DNA of 32,000 bases. Origin: an uncultured Nitrososphaerota archaeon (GTDB lineage: Archaea; Korarchaeota; Korarchaeia; Korarchaeales; Korarchaeaceae). The stretch is from positions 1 to 32,000 of the forward strand of contig CAYZRF010000015.1 in the NCBI GenBank assembly GCA_964480775.1, read 5' to 3'. The position numbers were made by a program, and so were the translations under genes. Below are positions 15,197 through 23,623 of the stretch, piece by piece. How positions within the stretch are numbered: the first letter of the stretch is position 1; each line of letters begins with the position of its first letter. The notes under the pieces are model-generated. The model was given only the letters and a program-made list of their open reading frames with translations. It ran no database searches and had not been told where the DNA came from.

Positions 15197-15225
15197 GGTC
15201 TGTCTTCCTTTCATTGAGTACTCAT

Positions 15226-15726
15226 ATGGAAAGATTGTGGGCTATATGGCGAGTCGCTTATATCAAGATAGCCAGCAAACAAAAAGGGTGTATCTTTTGC
15301 GAACTGCCCGCAACGAAGAAAGATGACGAGAATTTCATACTGTTAAGGTCTAAGCACTCCTTTCTCATGCTAAACAGGTTTCCCTACAACCCAGGCCACT
15401 TAATGATCGCTCCCTACAGGCATTTGGGTGATATCAAGGATCTTACACAGGAGGAGATCCTCGATATTTGGAGGATCCTAAGGCTCTCCATCAAAGCCCT
15501 CAAGGAAACCATGTCTCCGAATGGATTCAACATAGGAATTAATTTGGGAAGAGTGGCTGGTGCTGGCTTCGAGGGACATGTACACGTTCATATCGTTCCA
15601 AGGTGGAACGGTGATACGAATTTCATGCCTGTAGTTGCAGAAACAAAGGTAATAAGCGAGTCCCTAGAGTCTGTATACAGAGAACTTAAGAAGGCCATTG
15701 AAAGAATTCGAGAGGAGAACGCTTAA
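15226..15726 (+). CDS. HIT family nucleotide hydrolase/transferase (Ap4A-phosphorylase-like branch)
   Basis: Histidine triad HVHVHIVPR plus NRFPYNPGHLMIAPYRH. The start is set at the internal ATG (MERLWAIW...), because the longer ORF-track N-terminus overlaps mbf1 and is hydrophobic junk. Confidence 0.85.
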   Translation: MERLWAIWRVAYIKIASKQKGCIFCELPATKKDDENFILLRSKHSFLMLNRFPYNPGHLMIAPYRHLGDIKDLTQEEILDIWRILRLSIKALKETMSPNGFNIGINLGRVAGAGFEGHVHVHIVPRWNGDTNFMPVVAETKVISESLESVYRELKKAIERIREENA

Positions 15727-15750
15727 AATGCAAAAATAAGATTTTTCCGC

Positions 15751-15845
15751 GGGGGCGTGGGGTAGTTTGGTCTAGCCTGAGGGCTTCGGGAGCCCTTGAC
15801 GCCTTAGAGGCGGGGGAAACCCGGGTTCAAATCCCGGCGCCCCCA
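15751..15845 (+). tRNA. tRNA-Pro (anticodon CGG) with a 19-nt non-canonical intron at the variable-loop/T-stem junction
   Basis: GGGGGCG-TG-GGGT-AGTTTGGTCTA-GCCT-G-AGGGC-TTCGGGA-GCCCT-TGAC[GCCTTAGAGGCGGGGGAAA]C-CCGGG-TTCAAAT-CCCGG-CGCCCCC-A. The anticodon arm is intact. The extra 19 nt sit after the variable loop. Confidence 0.85.
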
Positions 15846-15897
15846 CTCCTTCTACGATCTAAGGGTGGTTTCGAAGAAAGTCTCTCTTACAAGCAAA

Positions 15898-16650
15898 TTA
15901 CTTTGTTTTTAGTAAATCCATGAACCTAAGGGCGTCCTCATACATGTAAATGTTGTTAAATAGGATGTAGGTTTCTTTGGCTTCGCTGATGCTTTTAACG
16001 GATTTTAACAATTTTTCCAGATCTTCGTCCTTGTATTTGTACTTGTACATCTCTTTTCCTGGAGGTTTTCCGTGCAACCTTATGTATCCTATCTTGTGGC
16101 TTGAAAAGGCGCAAGGTGAGGTCCTAAACAAATCAACGCAGTGAATTAGATCAAACTCAAGGCAAATATCCCTGACCGTATCTTGATCATTTATCCAGCT
16201 AGCTCCCCTAGGTTCCCACACCATCACAAGGCCGGCTCTCTTTATCTTGGAAAAGAAATCTCTCAACTTGTTTATGTTTTCAGATGTATTCCTGAAGGAT
16301 GCAGGGGTCTGAAAAAGGATTATCCTTGCTCTCAGAGCCTCGGCTATTTCTTTTATCTTGTAATATGCTTGTATAGATGCATCTCCTGAAAACAGGTCTT
16401 CATGAGTGATTATCCTTGAGCTTTTTACCGTAAACTCAAAGGAGGGATTAATTTCATCAACAAGAGACCTCCAATTTTCTACGGTCTTAACTCTGGGTAT
16501 CTTATAGAAGGTGCTATTCACTTCTACAAGGTCGAAAAGGCTTGCATAAGCTTGAACTTTATGTTTGTACTTCTCCTTCCAGTCAGAAAGGTTCAAAAAC
16601 TTGTTAGGGTTGAAATAAGACCATCCACAGCATCCTACTTTTATCATCAT
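15898..16650 (-). CDS. DUF72 (UPF0759) family protein
   Basis: IKVGCCGWSY ... LFDLVEVNSTFYKIP ... FEFTVKSSRIITH is the characteristic DUF72 signature. Confidence 0.85.
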   Translation of the reverse strand: MMIKVGCCGWSYFNPNKFLNLSDWKEKYKHKVQAYASLFDLVEVNSTFYKIPRVKTVENWRSLVDEINPSFEFTVKSSRIITHEDLFSGDASIQAYYKIKEIAEALRARIILFQTPASFRNTSENINKLRDFFSKIKRAGLVMVWEPRGASWINDQDTVRDICLEFDLIHCVDLFRTSPCAFSSHKIGYIRLHGKPPGKEMYKYKYKDEDLEKLLKSVKSISEAKETYILFNNIYMYEDALRFMDLLKTK

Positions 16651-16703
16651 CTATTTTCTAAGTTGTTCTTCTTAGTAAATAATGATTGGGGGTATTTGAG
16701 AAA

Positions 16704-16754
16704 TCAGCAGAGGGGTAGATCATCATAAGCATCAGCTGTCCCCTCCTTCATTAT
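16704..16754 (-). ncRNA. candidate C/D box sRNA (51 nt)
   Basis: Minus strand: ATAATGA(C, 1 mismatch)-AGGAGGGGACAG(12)-CTGA(D')-TGCTT-ATGATGA(C')-TCTACCCCTCTG(12)-CTGA(D). Both spacers are exactly 12 nt. It lies between tRNA-Thr and the DUF72 gene on the same strand. Confidence 0.45.
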
Positions 16755-16788
16755 CGCAAGCTACTCAACATTGAAAAGGGATTTTCAA

Positions 16789-16876
16789 AGCCCCGGGCGG
16801 GACTTGAACCCGCGACCTGCCGCTTTCACTGCTTTGGCATACGAGGCGGCCGCTCTGCCAACTGAGCTACCGGGGC
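16789..16876 (-). tRNA. tRNA-Thr (anticodon CGU) with a 15-nt canonical intron at 37/38
   Basis: GCCCCGG-TA-GCTC-AGTTGGCA-GAGC-G-GCCGC-CTCGTA[TGCCAAAGCAGTGAA]A-GCGGC-AGGTC-GCGGG-TTCAAGT-CCCGC-CCGGGGC-T. Confidence 0.9.
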
Positions 16877-16945
16877 ACTCACTTGGCCGTTTTAATTGAA
16901 GACGATGCCTCTATAAATTTTCCGTGTTTAATATAATTGACCAAT

Positions 16946-17473
16946 ATGAAAAAACAGGATCTATTGCTTGTGGCACTTACCATCGCACTTGGGGATCCAG
17001 AGATCGCAGAGGCTCTACTTAAAGCGTTTAGCAAGGGAGAAGTGGAAACCATGGAACTCATAGAACTTCTGGACATGAGCCCTGCTGATGTTAGGAGGAT
17101 CCTTTACAGACTTCATGACCTAAACTTGGCCTTTCAAATTGTGAGAAAGGGGGAAGAAGGAGAGAGGCTGGTTTTTTGGGTTCTAAACGAGAAGATAGCC
17201 CCATCCTTCGTTGAAAAAAGGCTGGAAAGAACGAAAAAAATTCTTGAAGAAGAAATTAGGGTTGAGGAAGGCGGGGAGTACTACGTTTGCGCTGCAGATC
17301 CATCCCATATTAAGATATCCTTTGAAGAGGCTGCATTTGGGCCTGAGAACGGATTTCTTTGTCCTGTCTGCGGAGCATCCTTGATACCAGTCGACAGAGA
17401 TAGGGCAGTAGAGAAGATAAAGGAAGCAATACGGCTGATCGACGGGCTACTGAAGGAGATGAAGCATGATTGA
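16946..17473 (+). CDS. tfe: transcription factor E (TFE alpha, TFIIE-alpha homologue)
   Basis: N-terminal winged helix (ELIELLDMSPADVRRILYRLHDLNLA) and a zinc-ribbon region (YYVC ... FEEA ... FLCPVCGASL). The ORF track offers a TTG at 16937; the ATG at 16946 is preferred. Confidence 0.8.
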   Translation: MKKQDLLLVALTIALGDPEIAEALLKAFSKGEVETMELIELLDMSPADVRRILYRLHDLNLAFQIVRKGEEGERLVFWVLNEKIAPSFVEKRLERTKKILEEEIRVEEGGEYYVCAADPSHIKISFEEAAFGPENGFLCPVCGASLIPVDRDRAVEKIKEAIRLIDGLLKEMKHD

Positions 17474-18227
17474 ACTTTTTCTTGCGGAGAAGATTTATGG
17501 AAGGGATTTCATTCAAAAACTCGAGCTTTTTGGTCATGAGGTAATGAGACACATCGAGGATTTGGAAATAGAGGTTGTGAATTTCGAGACATTCAAAGAG
17601 TGGGTAAGGGTAACTATCAGCGGAGAAGATGAGATTGCAGCAGCCAATTTCATCAAGAAAGTTTACGGAGAAGTAAGAAGCCTTTCAGAGATCTCTCCTG
17701 GAGATGTGTTGAAGGGATTTGCCAAGGATGTAGGAAAAGTTGGCTATGGGCTGTATTTGGACGCTTTTATTGAGGAGAAAGACGCATTAATACCGCTGTA
17801 CTCCCTGAGAGAATCTTTAGCAGCCAACAAAAAACTGCCCCTTCGTACAATTGTAAGATATTTTGGAATGGTGGAGCACATGCCTCTAGAGTTCGTGGTT
17901 CATAAGATAGAAGGTGAAAAAATAGAAGGCACCCTATCTCCTGCACAAATAAAGGATTTTGTGGAATTGATGGAGGAGGGCTTAGACGTGCTTGTTATAA
18001 CAGGAGCATCGAGAAATGAGATAGAAGTTGCTTTGGATAGGTCAGGTCATAGTATAGACGTCGTTAGAATAGAAAGACTATCCTTTTTATGTCATAGATT
18101 GATTTGTAAAGAAAAAACCATGGCAACGGGCCTTATTCCTGAATTAGGCCCGTTCCTAAGTGAGAGTTTGTTTGGTGTGTTCTCGCCTAAAAGGATAATA
18201 AAGAGTTTAAAAATAGGATATGATTAG
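17466..18227 (+). CDS. conserved archaeal protein, DUF2110-like
   Basis: 253 aa, overlapping the tfe stop by 8 nt. An S1/OB-like segment (GDVLKGFAKDVGKVGYGLYLDAF). Family assigned from memory of tfe-linked DUF2110 genes. Confidence 0.6.
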   Translation: MIELFLAEKIYGRDFIQKLELFGHEVMRHIEDLEIEVVNFETFKEWVRVTISGEDEIAAANFIKKVYGEVRSLSEISPGDVLKGFAKDVGKVGYGLYLDAFIEEKDALIPLYSLRESLAANKKLPLRTIVRYFGMVEHMPLEFVVHKIEGEKIEGTLSPAQIKDFVELMEEGLDVLVITGASRNEIEVALDRSGHSIDVVRIERLSFLCHRLICKEKTMATGLIPELGPFLSESLFGVFSPKRIIKSLKIGYD

Positions 18228-18236
18228 ATTCAGTCT

Positions 18237-18341
18237 GCCGGGGTACCCTAGTCCGGTATGGGGCGGGCCTGGAGTCTGTAGTTGGCGGAGAGCCCGTGGC
18301 CCTTTTGGGCCGCGTGGGTTCGAATCCCACCCCCGGCGCCA
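18237..18341 (+). tRNA. tRNA-Ser (anticodon GGA), type II, 16-nt canonical intron, CCA encoded
   Basis: GCCGGGG-TA-CCC-TAGTCCGGTAT-GGG-G-CGGGC-CTGGAG[TCTGTAGTTGGCGGAG]A-GCCCG-TGGCCCTTTTGGGCCGC(long variable arm)-GTGGG-TTCGAAT-CCCAC-CCCCGGC-G-CCA. Confidence 0.9.
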
Positions 18342-18398
18342 TAACAATTAAATTCCACTTATGATGGGAAAGGTGAAGTAGGAAGGTGGAGGAGCACC

Positions 18399-18848
18399 TT
18401 GAGCCAAGAAACTAAAAGAATCGTAAGGTTAGCTAGAACTTCGCTAGATGGGACTAAGCCAGCAATAGCCGCCCTTCTGGACATAAGAGGTGTTGGTTTA
18501 TCGTTTGCACATGCTGTCCTTAGGGTGGCTGAGATAGACCCCTTGAGAAGAATAGGAGAGATAGAGGACGAGAAGCTCTCACAAATAGAGGACATTTTAA
18601 CGAATCCGGCTAGGTATGGGATCTCATGGTGGATGTTAAACAGACAAAAGGACTATGAAACTGGAGAAAGCCTTCACTTTCTAGGGGATGAAGTTAGGCT
18701 TGTTGTTGAGAAGGATATAAAGAGAATGAAGGCGATTAGAAGCTGGAAAGGTATAAGGCATCATCTAGGGCTTAAAGTAAGGGGGCAGAGGACAAAAACA
18801 ACTGGAAGAACTGGTAGAACAATCGGTTACAAGAGAAAGAAGAGGTGA
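18399..18848 (+). CDS. rps13: 30S ribosomal protein uS13
   Basis: RIVRLARTSLDGTKPAIAALLDIRGVGLSFAHAVL ... WKGIRHHLGLKVRGQRTKTTGR. TTG start preceded by GGTGGAGG. Confidence 0.9.
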   Translation: MSQETKRIVRLARTSLDGTKPAIAALLDIRGVGLSFAHAVLRVAEIDPLRRIGEIEDEKLSQIEDILTNPARYGISWWMLNRQKDYETGESLHFLGDEVRLVVEKDIKRMKAIRSWKGIRHHLGLKVRGQRTKTTGRTGRTIGYKRKKR

Positions 18849-18854
18849 AAGTAA

Positions 18855-19403
18855 GTGGGGGATCCAAAAAAGCCCAAGAAGAAATATGAACGCCCTAGAA
18901 AACCTTGGGATAGGCGAGTTCTTGAGGAATCAACTAGACTTGCGGGATTATATGGACTAAGGAGCAAAAAAGAGCTTTGGAGGGCTGCTTACATTGCCAG
19001 AAAATATAGGAGGATAGCTAGAAAATTGCTTGAGCTTCCAAAAGAACAAAGAGTTAAGTCGGAGAGGATCATAATCGGAAAACTTCAGAGAATGGGTGTG
19101 CTTGGCGAGGGCGCAATGTTGGACGATGTCTTAGACCTCTCAACTGAAAACATACTAGAAAGAAGGTTACAAACGTTGGTTTGGAGGAAAGGATTCGCTA
19201 AATCCCCATACATGGCCCGTCAGCTAATAGTTCACGGTAAGGTTAAGGTTGCTGGGAGGAGAATAAGGCAACCAGGCTACTTAGTGCCCGTTGAAGAGGA
19301 AGGATTGATAGAATGCCTGTTTGAGCTCGAACCACAAGTTGAGGAGCCTCCAGAGCCTAAACCTGAATCTTCTGAGCCGCCAGTTACAAGTGAAGCAGCA
19401 TGA
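18855..19403 (+). CDS. rps4: 30S ribosomal protein uS4
   Basis: GTG start. MGDPKKPKKKYERPRKPWD ... LERRLQTLV ... ARQLIVHGKVKVAGRRI (S4 domain). Confidence 0.9.
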   Translation: MGDPKKPKKKYERPRKPWDRRVLEESTRLAGLYGLRSKKELWRAAYIARKYRRIARKLLELPKEQRVKSERIIIGKLQRMGVLGEGAMLDDVLDLSTENILERRLQTLVWRKGFAKSPYMARQLIVHGKVKVAGRRIRQPGYLVPVEEEGLIECLFELEPQVEEPPEPKPESSEPPVTSEAA

Positions 19404-19412
19404 GGTGATCTT

Positions 19413-19817
19413 ATGTCACGTAGAAGAAGCAGTAAGGAAAGGATTGGAATAGCTCACGTTTATTCCTCGTTTAACGACACGATAGTCCATATTACGGATA
19501 TTACTGGAGCAGAAACAATAGCTATTTACAGTGGAGGGATGTTTGTTGATGCAGACAGGCTTGAAGGTTCGCCCTATGCGGCTCTAAAGGCAGCTATGGC
19601 TGCAGCCAGAGACGCGAAGAGGAAGGGGATCACGCAGGTTATAGCAAAGGTTCGAGCACCGGGAGGTATTAGAAGTAGAATCCCGGGTCCGGGGGCAACG
19701 GCCGCAATAAGGGGGCTGTCGAGGGCTGGCTTGTTAATATTGAGAGTTGAAGATGTGACTCCAATCCCCCATGACGGAACGAGACGTCCTCATGGAAGGA
19801 GGGGAAGGAGGGTCTAA
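19413..19817 (+). CDS. rps11: 30S ribosomal protein uS11
   Basis: [23 protein letters not shown] ... [27 protein letters not shown]. Confidence 0.9.
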   Translation: MSRRRSSKERIGIAHVYSSFNDTIVHITDITGAETIAIYSGGMFVDADRLEGSPYAALKAAMAAARDAKRKGITQVIAKVRAPGGIRSRIPGPGATAAIRGLSRAGLLILRVEDVTPIPHDGTRRPHGRRGRRV

Positions 19818-19824
19818 ATAGGAG

Positions 19825-19832
19825 TTTATATT
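19825..19832 (+). promoter_or_regulatory. TATA-box-like element for the orphan ORF downstream of rps11
   Basis: TTTATATT begins 8 nt after the rps11 stop, about 60 nt upstream of the ATG at 19893. Confidence 0.3.
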
Positions 19833-19853
19833 CCACTTCGTTGTTGAATAAAA

Positions 19854-20762
19854 TTGGAGTTGACAACATCACCAAAGAATCTAGGGGACCTAATGCTTAA
19901 CTGGTATCAAAAGCAGCTTGGCAGCAGAGCCGAGCTTTCAAGGCCTGGTGATGATGAATACTCTGTCTACATTCATATTGATGATTTTGAAGGAGGTAGA
20001 GAGGTCCTTGCCATTTTTCTAATTCCTGAAAGCGTTGAAGATTTTATTAAGTCTGTTAGAAACGAAATTAAATATTTAGAGGAGAAGGAAGTCCTCGTTG
20101 ATTTTATTGATATTTGGGTTCCCCACGATTGGGTTGATAGATTAGAAGAGGTTGTTGAAGGCTTAAATGAAGAAAGCAAAGGCTTTCCTTTCATTAGGAT
20201 TAGGGATTCTATCCAACTAAGTATTCCTATTTCAGCCCTAAAGGAACTCATATCAGGATCAAAACCACCAGAAGTCACGTCTTTCAGACCAAAGGTTCCA
20301 AAGAGGACAGAGTCTAGGTTCAGGGAGGATAAGAGGCCAGCATTAAAGCATAAGAACGAGAGAGGTGTTGCCCTAACCGAGGAAAGATTAGAGGAGATTC
20401 TCGAGAGGGTTATAAGGAAGGTCGAAGGAGAAAGAAGAATAAACGACGTGGAGAAAACGGTTGATGAGTTACAAAGAAGGATTTCCCTTTTAGAAGAAGT
20501 TATAAAGCTCCTTATTTCTTCCAAAAGTCCTCAACCCCAGTTTCCTCTAGATTCGTCCCTTATCCTCCCCGAGCATAAAACCGTTGAGAAAAAAGCGGCT
20601 AAAAAGTCAACCAAGCTTGAGCCAAAAATGAAAACAGTACCAAAGGATCAGGCAAGAAAATATTCTCCTGAACTCATTGAAGAGTTTGTAAAGGACAATC
20701 CTTGGGCTGAAGTTTTGAAGGAAAGGGGCAGGAGAGAGGAGGATGAAAACACCACATCATGA
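19854..20762 (+). CDS. hypothetical protein: N-terminal alpha/beta domain, basic linker, coiled coil, acidic C-terminus
   Basis: 302-aa ORF (TTG at 19854; the more likely ATG at 19893 is preceded by GGGGA). Heptad-like segment LTEERLEEILERVIRKVEGERRINDVEKTVDELQRRISLLEEVIKLLIS. C-terminal FVKDNPWAEVLKERG motif. No family recognised. Confidence 0.55.
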   Translation: MELTTSPKNLGDLMLNWYQKQLGSRAELSRPGDDEYSVYIHIDDFEGGREVLAIFLIPESVEDFIKSVRNEIKYLEEKEVLVDFIDIWVPHDWVDRLEEVVEGLNEESKGFPFIRIRDSIQLSIPISALKELISGSKPPEVTSFRPKVPKRTESRFREDKRPALKHKNERGVALTEERLEEILERVIRKVEGERRINDVEKTVDELQRRISLLEEVIKLLISSKSPQPQFPLDSSLILPEHKTVEKKAAKKSTKLEPKMKTVPKDQARKYSPELIEEFVKDNPWAEVLKERGRREEDENTTS

Positions 20763-20804
20763 GTGGTGGGAAAGATTATAGCCTAAGATTATCTGCCTCT
20801 TATC

Positions 20805-21617
20805 GTGTCTGATGGGAGTGTTACGATGATGAAATGCAGGGTTTTGGAGTACAAACCTGATTTCGTTAGGTTGTTATTGGAAGATACCAGGCCAGCACTG
20901 GCCAACGCTTATAGGAGGGTAATTCAATCGGAGATACCAATTTTAGCAGTCGATGAAGTAATATTTCTTGCCAACACAACGGCGTTTTTCGATGAGTATA
21001 TAGCACATAGGCTCGCCTTAATTCCTTTAAAGACTCCATTGAAAGTTCTAGATTTTGGTGAAGATTTCTCAGTTAGATTAAGACTTGATGTAACAGCTGA
21101 GGAAGAACAAACTATAGTTTATTCAGGACAGCTCGAGAGTTCCGATCCTGAAGTGTACCCAGCGAATCCTAACATCCCGATTATAGCCATGAACAAGGGC
21201 GAAAGACTTTCTCTAGAGGCCATCGCAAGAATTGGAAGGGGCAAGCAGCACGTTAAGTGGCAAGCAGTTGCTGCGCTTGGATACAGATACTATCCCATTT
21301 ACGTTTTCGATCCTCAGAAGTGCCCAAAGGCTAAAGAGCTTTTGGAGGAACTTAACGCTGAGGTAGTTCAAGAAGACGGCATGCTTCGAGTTCTGGATGC
21401 TCCATATCATCCAGAGCTAGAAAAAGTGCTCAGGAGATATGCTTTAGATCTTGGAGAACCCGCTGTTAAGGTAGAATACGACGATAGCAGGATTATCATC
21501 AAGTTTGAATCTACTGGGGCGCTTGATTGCGATCAAATCCTCCTTCTTGCTGTCGACGAGCTCTTAAATAAGTTAGAAATTTTAGAAAGCTCCATTAAGG
21601 AGGCCAGCCGATCCTAA
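20805..21617 (+). CDS. rpoD: DNA-directed RNA polymerase subunit D (Rpo3)
   Basis: LANAYRRVIQSEIPILAVDEVIFLANTTAFFDEYIAHRLALIPLKT. GTG start about 26 nt downstream of a TATA-like AAAGATTATAGCC (20771-20783). ATG alternative at 20826. Confidence 0.9.
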   Translation: MSDGSVTMMKCRVLEYKPDFVRLLLEDTRPALANAYRRVIQSEIPILAVDEVIFLANTTAFFDEYIAHRLALIPLKTPLKVLDFGEDFSVRLRLDVTAEEEQTIVYSGQLESSDPEVYPANPNIPIIAMNKGERLSLEAIARIGRGKQHVKWQAVAALGYRYYPIYVFDPQKCPKAKELLEELNAEVVQEDGMLRVLDAPYHPELEKVLRRYALDLGEPAVKVEYDDSRIIIKFESTGALDCDQILLLAVDELLNKLEILESSIKEASRS

Positions 21618-21658
21618 CTCTAACTTTATAATTCTCTTCTGCCATCCGAAGTTACTAG

Positions 21659-21747
21659 GCGGGGGTAGCCAAGCTAGGTCCAAGGCGCCAGCCTGAGGCG
21701 CTGGTGGGCGTAGGCCCGCGTGGGTTCGAATCCCACCCCCCGCACCA
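21659..21747 (+). tRNA. tRNA-Leu (anticodon GAG), type II, no intron, CCA encoded
   Basis: GCGGGGG-TA-GCC-AAGCTAGGTCCAA-GGC-G-CCAGC-CTGAGGC-GCTGG-TGGGCGTAGGCCCGC-GTGGG-TTCGAAT-CCCAC-CCCCCGC-A-CCA. Confidence 0.9.
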
Positions 21748-21918
21748 TTCTAGAACGTTAATCTTGAAATTTAGGGGCTTATTAGTTCCTTTTGCTCATA
21801 TAAAAATGTAGGAAGATGATGTCGGTTTATGCTAAGGATTATTATATGGGTAGCTCATCCACTTGCAGGAATCATGGACAAGCTCAGCAACATCAAATGT
21901 AGAGGGAGGTTATAGGGA

Positions 21919-22284
21919 GTGCCCAAACCAACTGGACCAACAAATCCATCAGTCATTAGACTGATTAACTTTCTAGAAAAGAGTGCGAGGATAAACGGAG
22001 CCAAGATATGGAAAAGAGTTGCAGAAATCATACGGAAACCTAGAAGGAAGAGGGTTGCTGTGAACGTCTGGAAGATAGGCAAGTACGCTCAGGAAGCAAG
22101 TGCGGTAGTAGTGCCAGGAGTGGTTTTAGGATATGGTAGATTAGATAAGCCAGTTACAGTTGCAGCCCTTAAGATCTCTTCAAAGGCAAAGGAAAAGATT
22201 ATAGGGGCTGGCGGCAAGGTTATTTCCATTGAAGATCTCGTAAAAGAGAACCCAAAGGGCTCGGGAGTCAAAATAATAGTTTGA
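21919..22284 (+). CDS. rpl18e: 50S ribosomal protein eL18 (L18e)
   Basis: GTG start after GAGGGAGG. PKPTGPTNPSVIRLINFLEK ... RKPRRKRVAVNVWKI. Confidence 0.9.
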   Translation: MPKPTGPTNPSVIRLINFLEKSARINGAKIWKRVAEIIRKPRRKRVAVNVWKIGKYAQEASAVVVPGVVLGYGRLDKPVTVAALKISSKAKEKIIGAGGKVISIEDLVKENPKGSGVKIIV

Positions 22285-22294
22285 GGTGTCAACA

Positions 22295-22747
22295 ATGAGT
22301 AACTATGACCTAATCATCGACGCCGATGGAAAGATCTTGGGCAGACTTGCTAGTTTTGTTGCCAAGAGACTCTTAGAGGGAAAAAGAGTAGCCATCGTTA
22401 ATGCTGAGAAGGCAATTATTTCTGGAAATCCAGAAACTATTCTCGAGAAATACCAAAAGAGGAGGAGCATTGAGGGGAAGCCTAAACCAACCAAGGGTCC
22501 AGTTCAACCAAGAACTCCTGATAGAATTGTCTGGAAGACAATAAGAGGTATGCTTCCAATGAAAAAAGCTAAAGGAAGGGAAGCCTTAAGAAGGCTTCGT
22601 GTATTCATAGGAGTGCCCTCAGAATTAAAGAAATTGAGCGTATTCGAACTCCCTCTAGAATATACCATCGAAAACTTGAAACCTAAAAAGCGGAAGAAAG
22701 AGGTGACAGTTTATTGGTTAGCCAAGAGCCTAGGGTGGAAGGGATGA
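22295..22747 (+). CDS. rpl13: 50S ribosomal protein uL13
   Basis: [41 protein letters not shown] at 22295 lies 7 nt after GAGGTG; the ORF track's GTG alternative is at 22286. Confidence 0.9.
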   Translation: MSNYDLIIDADGKILGRLASFVAKRLLEGKRVAIVNAEKAIISGNPETILEKYQKRRSIEGKPKPTKGPVQPRTPDRIVWKTIRGMLPMKKAKGREALRRLRVFIGVPSELKKLSVFELPLEYTIENLKPKKRKKEVTVYWLAKSLGWKG

Positions 22748-23169
22748 GTGAGGCTAAGGAAGCTGTAAGGGGAATTGCTACAGCTTCAGCTAAAAGAAAA
22801 GAAGCAAGAGCTTTCGCTGTTTTAAGACCTGGTAAAGGAAGGCTCTACATAAATGGGTTCCCCGTTGAGGTTTATGCTCCTAATGAATTCGTGAGAATGA
22901 AGATACTTGAGCCTCTTTGGTTGGCTAAGGACTATGCAAAAACTGTAGACATCAGGGTAAGGGTCAAAGGCGGAGGTTTTATGGGTCAGGCTGACGCCAT
23001 AAGGATGACGATAGGTAGAGCCCTTGTTAAGTGGACTGGATCAGAGGAGCTTGAGAGAATATACAAGGAGTATGACAGAACCATTTTGGTGGGTGATCCG
23101 AGGAGAACAGAGCCTAAGAAGTTTGGTGGACGCAGTGCAAGGGCCAGGTTCCAGAAATCTTATAGGTAA
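22744..23169 (+). CDS. rps9: 30S ribosomal protein uS9
   Basis: ATGA start/stop overlap with rpl13. [19 protein letters not shown] ... [25 protein letters not shown]. Confidence 0.9.
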   Translation: MSEAKEAVRGIATASAKRKEARAFAVLRPGKGRLYINGFPVEVYAPNEFVRMKILEPLWLAKDYAKTVDIRVRVKGGGFMGQADAIRMTIGRALVKWTGSEELERIYKEYDRTILVGDPRRTEPKKFGGRSARARFQKSYR

Positions 23170-23216
23170 TCTCTCATAGAAGGACCAGGGGGTTGTTGTA
23201 ATTGGCCATAACAAGG

Positions 23217-23606
23217 ATGTCTGCTAGCGAGTTGAAATCAGGAAGTTACGTCATGATAGACGGAGAGCCTTGCGTGGTTCTGGACCTATCAAAATCCAAA
23301 CCAGGTAAGCATGGCTCTGCAAAGATCAGAATAGATGCTCGTGGAGTATTTGACGGAGTAAGGAGGAGCAAGATCTTTAGGGCGGACGAGTCCGTAGAAG
23401 TCCCCATTATAGACAAGAGAACTGCTCAGGTTGTAAACGTCACACCAGAATCGGTTCAGCTTATGGATATGGAGAGTTATGAGATGTTCGAATTAGAACC
23501 TCCAGAAGACGAGGAAATAACATCCAAACTTACTCCAGGAACTGAAGTTGAGTATTGGATAGCATTAGGCAGAAGAAAGATTGTAAGAATCACTGGAGGA
23601 GGATAG
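23217..23606 (+). CDS. eif5a: translation initiation factor 5A (aIF5A)
   Basis: LKSGSYVMIDGEPCVVLDLSKSKPGKHGSAKIRI contains the hypusine-site motif KPGKHG. The ORF track's TTG alternative is at 23202. Confidence 0.9.
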   Translation: MSASELKSGSYVMIDGEPCVVLDLSKSKPGKHGSAKIRIDARGVFDGVRRSKIFRADESVEVPIIDKRTAQVVNVTPESVQLMDMESYEMFELEPPEDEEITSKLTPGTEVEYWIALGRRKIVRITGGG

Positions 23607-23623
23607 CTTTTACTTAGGGAGTT

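Noticed and set aside
16909-16919. CTATAAATTTT between tRNA-Thr (minus) and tfe (plus), possibly a shared bidirectional TATA box.
   Set aside because: The distances are roughly compatible with both genes, but a second AT-rich element (TTCAATTAAAAC, minus strand) lies closer to the tRNA. Promoter direction depends on BRE elements, which I cannot judge reliably by eye.
21748-21918. 171-nt spacer between tRNA-Leu and rpl18e, with TATA-like CATATAAAAATG, a 28-codon ORF (MMSVYAKDYYMG...) and a GATGATG motif. It could be a leader peptide, a C/D sRNA or an autoregulatory leader.
   Set aside because: No CUGA boxes sit at the right spacing and the ORF has no SD or conservation evidence. A long 5' UTR is possible but cannot be demonstrated from sequence alone.
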